NCBI GenBank assembly: GCA_018304385.1
Contig: JAGVWJ010000050.1
Span: 1-19,202, forward strand
Length of the DNA: 19,202 nucleotides
Source: Candidatus Micrarchaeota archaeon
GTDB taxonomy: Archaea > Micrarchaeota > Micrarchaeia > Anstonellales > Bilamarchaeaceae
Direction of reading: 5' to 3'
Shown here: piece after piece, positions 14,953-19,202 of the stretch
Numbering within the stretch: position 1 is the first letter of the stretch
Layout of the letters: each line of letters opens with the position of its first letter
Program-made: the position numbers and the translations under genes
The notes under the pieces: generated by a model
Seen by the model: only the letters and a program-made list of their open reading frames with translations
Databases searched by the model: none
Told to the model about the DNA's origin: nothing

Positions 14953-16140
14953 TAACAAACCCTTTTTTTCTTCAATGGGGGTTGCGCTAGATTGCCCGCC
15001 TGGCACTTGATAATCTGCGTTTAGAAGTTCAAGAAGGCTTTTGATCTGTACCAGCTCTGCTTCCAAATCTTTTTTCGAGTATTTAGAAAACTCTTCTTTT
15101 CTTCTCTCATTTTGCTTGTTTTTTTCATATTCCTCTTTATATAAGTGTTTCCCTTTTCCTATTTCTCTTATCTGCCCAACGATGTACCGTGCGCTTTCCA
15201 TTCTTTCAGCATAGAAATTCATGATATTTTCGTTCTCGTCATCCACTGCTAGAAATGTAGTCTGCTTCAATGAATTGATAGTTTCAAAAAAATTTCTATT
15301 TTCCATTATTACTCTTTTAAATCTGGAGGTTTCTGAGCAAACATGCGAAAGCTTTTTTTCACTATATTCGAAGAAATCACAAAGCTGGCTTGCGTTGCAT
15401 CTCCCAAACACAGTATATTCGGAAAGAAACTTCTTCAATTCTGTTATCTCATCTTTTCCTGGAAAGATTGGATCATATTCTTTAAGGGAATATTTTTCTA
15501 CCTCATCTAGTAGTTTTAATACTGACTCTGAAGCCAAGGAATGAAGGTATGCTGCCCTAATCTCTTCTAATTTTTTTAAATTTTCAGATAGGTTTTCATG
15601 TTTGTGCACTTTTTCTAAATCAATAGTTTCTTTTTCCAGTGCAGACATTTCAGCCAATAAATTCTCTAGCTTTAGTTGCTCTCTTTTGAGGACCTTGTCT
15701 TTATCTTTTATCTCTTCTTCAATTTGTTCATATCTTTTACTCAGATTAATAATCTCTGAAAAATACTCAAATTCTTTTTTTGCATCTTCCATCATGCTAT
15801 TTTTGATCAACTTTATAATTGATACAAGCCTTTTTCCTATGTCTTCAGAGATGTTGCGCTTTTCGAATTCATTCGCTACCTCTATTTCAAAATCAGTCAA
15901 TTCTTTGGAAAGTGTAATGCCTTTTTTAGCGATCCTTATCCTAGTGCTGACAGAAGGATTCCATAGACTTTTTTGTTTTTGCAGTGTTAATTCTATTTCT
16001 ATTATTAATTCTTCTAACTGTTGCGATAGCGTTACAACACTAGCGCGCTGATTTTTTTCTATTTTTTTCATTCCTCCTTCTAAGTGATTCTGCGTTTTTT
16101 TCAATTCAGATATCTCTTCTATGCTGAGCATCTGATTCAT
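14920..16140 (-). CDS. Hypothetical coiled-coil protein (406 aa, E/K-rich)
   Basis: Long ORF with heptad-like E/K/L composition and an AGGAAG RBS, 12 nt downstream of the cupredoxin gene. Confidence 0.85.
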   Translation of the reverse strand: MNQMLSIEEISELKKTQNHLEGGMKKIEKNQRASVVTLSQQLEELIIEIELTLQKQKSLWNPSVSTRIRIAKKGITLSKELTDFEIEVANEFEKRNISEDIGKRLVSIIKLIKNSMMEDAKKEFEYFSEIINLSKRYEQIEEEIKDKDKVLKREQLKLENLLAEMSALEKETIDLEKVHKHENLSENLKKLEEIRAAYLHSLASESVLKLLDEVEKYSLKEYDPIFPGKDEITELKKFLSEYTVFGRCNASQLCDFFEYSEKKLSHVCSETSRFKRVIMENRNFFETINSLKQTTFLAVDDENENIMNFYAERMESARYIVGQIREIGKGKHLYKEEYEKNKQNERRKEEFSKYSKKDLEAELVQIKSLLELLNADYQVPGGQSSATPIEEKKGLLSSLYRMFRNL

Positions 16141-16152
16141 CTTCCTATATAA

Positions 16153-17022
16153 TTAAACAATAATTAGCTCGCCACGGAACATATTCATTCCACAGGAATA
16201 AACATATTTTCCCGGCTGTGCAGGAGTAAATTGAATAGTTTCAGTTACGCCTGGCGTAAGTATTTTCCGAATTCCAAAATCTTTGAATGTTAATGAACGC
16301 GAGCAACCAGCATTATTATCTGCTGAAGCAGTTATGCGAATAGGAACGCCAGATTTTGCAACTATTCGATTAGGGCTATAACCAAATGCTGTTGCGCGTA
16401 GCTCGATAGTTTGCACACCATTTTCAAGTTTAGTAGTTAATTGTTGATCTGGTGCTTGCAGTTGCGCGTTTGTAATAGAACCAAATGGCCCAGTCGCAGA
16501 TACTATATCAACACTGAAATTTAGGAAGTAAATTATTGCTAAAATGACAAGTGATGCTACACTAGTATTTATCACATGATTTACATCAAGCTGCTTTCCA
16601 ATCTTCTTATAAACAACATTAGTAATCTCAAAAACAACTAGAAGCAACAGCGCGTAAAAAAATACCATAAACAGTTCAATATCGTAAGGTCTTGCCATTA
16701 CTCCAAGCATTGCACCCATCATGCCGCCCATTGGCCCTGCCATTATTCCTTCCATTCTGCCTAAAGACCCACCTAATTCGCCAAGCGGCGCACCAACTAC
16801 TATACCTACTATCGTTCCAATTATCATTGCCCAGACAAAATCCCCCGTATAAAGACCTACAAGCGTTCCTGCTACTAGGCTAGCAATTGTACCATAGGTC
16901 ATACCAATCATCATAGAAGTCATTTCACAGCAGAAATTCTTGCGATTAGAATAAGCAAACCAAGCGCCATAACCTATAATTACTGCTGCGATTATTGCAC
17001 CAATAAGATAAGCGAGTACCAT
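16153..17022 (-). CDS. Met-rich membrane protein fused to a C-terminal CupA-like cupredoxin domain
   Basis: C-terminal GYSPNRI...GVP...GCS...FTP..PGKY.YSCGMNMFRG matches CupA-like cupredoxins. The N-terminal TM region has CCEM and 14 Met in about 120 aa. Confidence 0.85.
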   Translation of the reverse strand: MVLAYLIGAIIAAVIIGYGAWFAYSNRKNFCCEMTSMMIGMTYGTIASLVAGTLVGLYTGDFVWAMIIGTIVGIVVGAPLGELGGSLGRMEGIMAGPMGGMMGAMLGVMARPYDIELFMVFFYALLLLVVFEITNVVYKKIGKQLDVNHVINTSVASLVILAIIYFLNFSVDIVSATGPFGSITNAQLQAPDQQLTTKLENGVQTIELRATAFGYSPNRIVAKSGVPIRITASADNNAGCSRSLTFKDFGIRKILTPGVTETIQFTPAQPGKYVYSCGMNMFRGELIIV

Positions 17023-17045
17023 AATTTATGTTATTCAGGCATAGG

Positions 17046-17051
17046 TTTAAA
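17046..17051. promoter_or_regulatory. Palindromic TTTAAA box shared by two divergent genes
   Basis: About 24 nt from ATG 17022 (-) and about 27 nt from ATG 17078 (+) in a 55-nt intergenic region. Confidence 0.5.
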
Positions 17052-17077
17052 TTCTTTCTACCAAATCTTAGTTTAAT

Positions 17078-17530
17078 ATGAAGCTAATTTTAAATTCTAT
17101 AAAAAAAGATTTCAAAAAGTTCATTGTTATCTTATTTGTAGTTTTACTCATCTCCATTTTCTTAATGAATTTTATAAGTTTGCCTGCCTTGCTTATTGAT
17201 AAAGAGGTGATTGTCGCACCAGATATCACAGTATTTAGTGTTTTATATTTAGCTATTTTTTCACTTCTTGCAAGCGTTGCGCTTTTATTAAGTTTAAATA
17301 AATTTGGCGCAGCAGGCTTTGGCTTTGGAATGCTTGCCAGCGCTTGCCCAGTTTGTCAATCTTTTCTAGTTACTTATGGAGCTGTGTTAATAGGAGTGCC
17401 GATTTCATTTTCATTCCTACCACTAAAAGGTGAGGAGTTTAAGATAATTAGTTTAGCGCTGTTTATAGCATCAATCTATTTAACTTCCAAGAGTTTAAGT
17501 ACAAAGTGTGAAATAAAAAAGAAAAAATAA
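17078..17530 (+). CDS. Membrane protein with a CPVC motif (putative metal-binding/transport)
   Basis: About 4 hydrophobic segments, LASACPVCQ at the end of a TM segment, and a C-terminal KCEIKKKK. Confidence 0.8.
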   Translation: MKLILNSIKKDFKKFIVILFVVLLISIFLMNFISLPALLIDKEVIVAPDITVFSVLYLAIFSLLASVALLLSLNKFGAAGFGFGMLASACPVCQSFLVTYGAVLIGVPISFSFLPLKGEEFKIISLALFIASIYLTSKSLSTKCEIKKKK

Positions 17531-17552
17531 AATTTAGGCACACCTAAATTTT
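17529..17552 (+). terminator. Hairpin aaaatttagg-caca-cctaaatttt followed by T residues
   Basis: Perfect 10-bp stem starting at the stop of 17078..17530. Confidence 0.55.
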
Positions 17553-17594
17553 TTAGGGAAGTATATAAATTAACCTAATTTCTAATAAATTTGC

Positions 17595-17999
17595 ATGGGA
17601 TTATTCTTTAGAAGTAGTGCAGCTGCGCAAAGACTACCTAAATTTGCTGGTACAGAACCTAAAGGTTGTTCTAGTTGTCAAAGGCCATGCATTATTGATG
17701 CGCCTACAGCAAAGGCTATTGAATCATTGCCAAGGGATTTTGTTGAATTTGTAGACAAAAACATGCGAACGGCAATTGTTGAGATAGCAATAATGGTCAA
17801 AGAAGCACAGCATACTGCAGCAGTTGAGAGAATAATAGCGCTAGTTGGCATAATACAAGAAGTGGCTAGAAAAGCTAGAGAAGTCGGCATCAGCATCAGG
17901 GATACAAAATCATTAGTTGATAATATGCTATCCATGCACGCTGATGAGCAAGTAAGAAGGTTCATAGAAGCAACACTTCAACAGCTGAGTAATGGATAA
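17595..17999 (+). CDS. Hypothetical protein with CSSCQRPC motif
   Basis: 134-aa ORF with a TATATAAA box at 17562-17569, 26 nt upstream. Confidence 0.75.
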   Translation: MGLFFRSSAAAQRLPKFAGTEPKGCSSCQRPCIIDAPTAKAIESLPRDFVEFVDKNMRTAIVEIAIMVKEAQHTAAVERIIALVGIIQEVARKAREVGISIRDTKSLVDNMLSMHADEQVRRFIEATLQQLSNG

Positions 18000-18001
18000 A
18001 T

Positions 18002-19202
18002 ATGCCAAAACGAGAACAAAAAAAAGCACCCAACGAGCAGGAGAGTGCTGCAATATCCGTCCAACAACAGCGTCCTAGATTTAAATCCAAAGAACCTATG
18101 AAAGAAACCAGTGCGTTTAGTATTTTTGATGCTGCCAGTTCTATTGATATAGAGAAAGCAAAGGCCATGAATTTAGATGCTATTGCGCAAAGAGCTGCAC
18201 AGCAGATGCAATCTGTACAACATTCAAAAAGAGAAACTTCACTGCAATCCCCACAGCAACAAACTCCAGATCAAGCTACTAAGAAAACTGGTGGGTGTGG
18301 TTCAGACTGCAGCGGAGATTGCAGTACATGCAAAGGAAATAATCAACAAAAAGAGATAGTTCTGAATCTAAAACCGCTTTTGGATGTAGTTTATATTAAT
18401 ATAATGGTTGGCGAGTTAAGAGAAAAAGCTGGCGTAAATACAACTGCTCGAACGGACAATACTGTGTCGCAACTTGTAAATGTTAGCCAGGCAGAGCAAT
18501 CTAATGCCCTTAGCACTACAAATAAAGATTCGACTAGCCAAACAAATTTGGAAACTAAGATGGAGGCAAGCGCAACATTGGAAAAACCACAAAATGATCC
18601 AGTGCCTAGCTCGAATATAGGAGCTGCAGATATAACATTCAGTAACATAGTACAAGATGATCCCAAACCAGATATTAAGGAGCCGGGAGTAATCCAGCAG
18701 TCTAGTGTTTCGAAAGCAGAAGAAAGGGAAAAAACAATAACAGATAACGCCTCAAATTCCCAAGATAATAAGATATACTCCGCCCAAATAGAAAAAGAAA
18801 GTCAATGTACTGAACAATCTAAGTTACAACGTGAGCAAACACTACCAATCTCGGCAAGCAAAATAACTTCTGAACAGGTACAATCGTGTTTAGGCCAACA
18901 GCCATCCACACCTTTAATCCAGAACATTATTAGCCTAATTACAAAAAATAAGAAATGGTTACAATGGAGAAGATCAAAATCAGATTCTAAAAATTCGGAC
19001 TCAGAGAAAAAAAGTCCAGATGCTTGGAAAGGAAGGACACGACAAAAGGACTTTACTAAAAAACCAAAAAAAGTGGAAAGAATGGTGCAAGGAATAAATA
19101 GGAAAATCGACCTCTTAAGGCAGAAATTGAAAAAAATCATAGACAATTTGAGGATTAAGGGTGTTACAGACAAAATTCGAAATAAGCAAAAGCTATTCGA
19201 AA
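18002..19202 (+). CDS. Hypothetical low-complexity protein with a Cys cluster, 3'-truncated (at least 400 aa), missed by the ORF track
   Basis: My translation from ATG 18002 (MPKREQKKAPNEQE...) has no stop up to the window end. Q/S/T/K-rich, contains GCGSDCSGDCSTCKG, and starts 2 nt after the previous stop. Confidence 0.8.
   Translation, partial: MPKREQKKAPNEQESAAISVQQQRPRFKSKEPMKETSAFSIFDAASSIDIEKAKAMNLDAIAQRAAQQMQSVQHSKRETSLQSPQQQTPDQATKKTGGCGSDCSGDCSTCKGNNQQKEIVLNLKPLLDVVYINIMVGELREKAGVNTTARTDNTVSQLVNVSQAEQSNALSTTNKDSTSQTNLETKMEASATLEKPQNDPVPSSNIGAADITFSNIVQDDPKPDIKEPGVIQQSSVSKAEEREKTITDNASNSQDNKIYSAQIEKESQCTEQSKLQREQTLPISASKITSEQVQSCLGQQPSTPLIQNIISLITKNKKWLQWRRSKSDSKNSDSEKKSPDAWKGRTRQKDFTKKPKKVERMVQGINRKIDLLRQKLKKIIDNLRIKGVTDKIRNKQKLFE

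Noticed and set aside
17962-19173. Short ORFs 17962..18168, 18177..18359, 18391..18666, 18416..18655 and 18802..19173
   Set aside because: All are shadows or alternate frames of the open frame 18002..end.
1-19202. tRNA, rRNA, integrase or transposase genes
   Set aside because: No T-loop or cloverleaf signature, and no such protein motifs seen. The intergenic spaces are short and otherwise explained.

Overview
AT-rich, densely coded archaeal window. The archaeal call rests on TTTATAAA-type boxes about 22-26 nt upstream of several ATGs, GGTGA-type Shine-Dalgarno sites, a type-2 IPP isomerase, a short XPF nuclease and an Lrp regulator. A DPANN (e.g. Micrarchaeota-like) source is my inference only. 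Recognisable genes: a 5'-truncated tryptophanase-family lyase, an atypical TrxB, a PEGA protein, an ERCC4/XPF nuclease, glnA (bacterial GSI-beta type) divergent from an Lrp/AsnC regulator, a long RelA/SpoT-like protein with a degenerate hydrolase domain, fni, and a likely copper-handling module (Met-rich membrane domain fused to a CupA-like cupredoxin, a CPVC membrane protein, small Cys-rich proteins). The most unusual structure lies outside gene labels. (i) Three tandem stand-alone GXGXG beta-helix paralogs each start with a different degenerate 7-nt tandem repeat. Two of them share a perfectly identical 32-nt tract that ends exactly at a frameshifting deletion. (ii) A 55-56 nt double-hairpin element occurs twice, inverted, in divergent promoter regions, with a compensatory stem indel. 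(iii) GCTCAYT-type heptamer arrays are dispersed at gene ends. I saw no tRNA, rRNA, CRISPR array, transposase or integrase.
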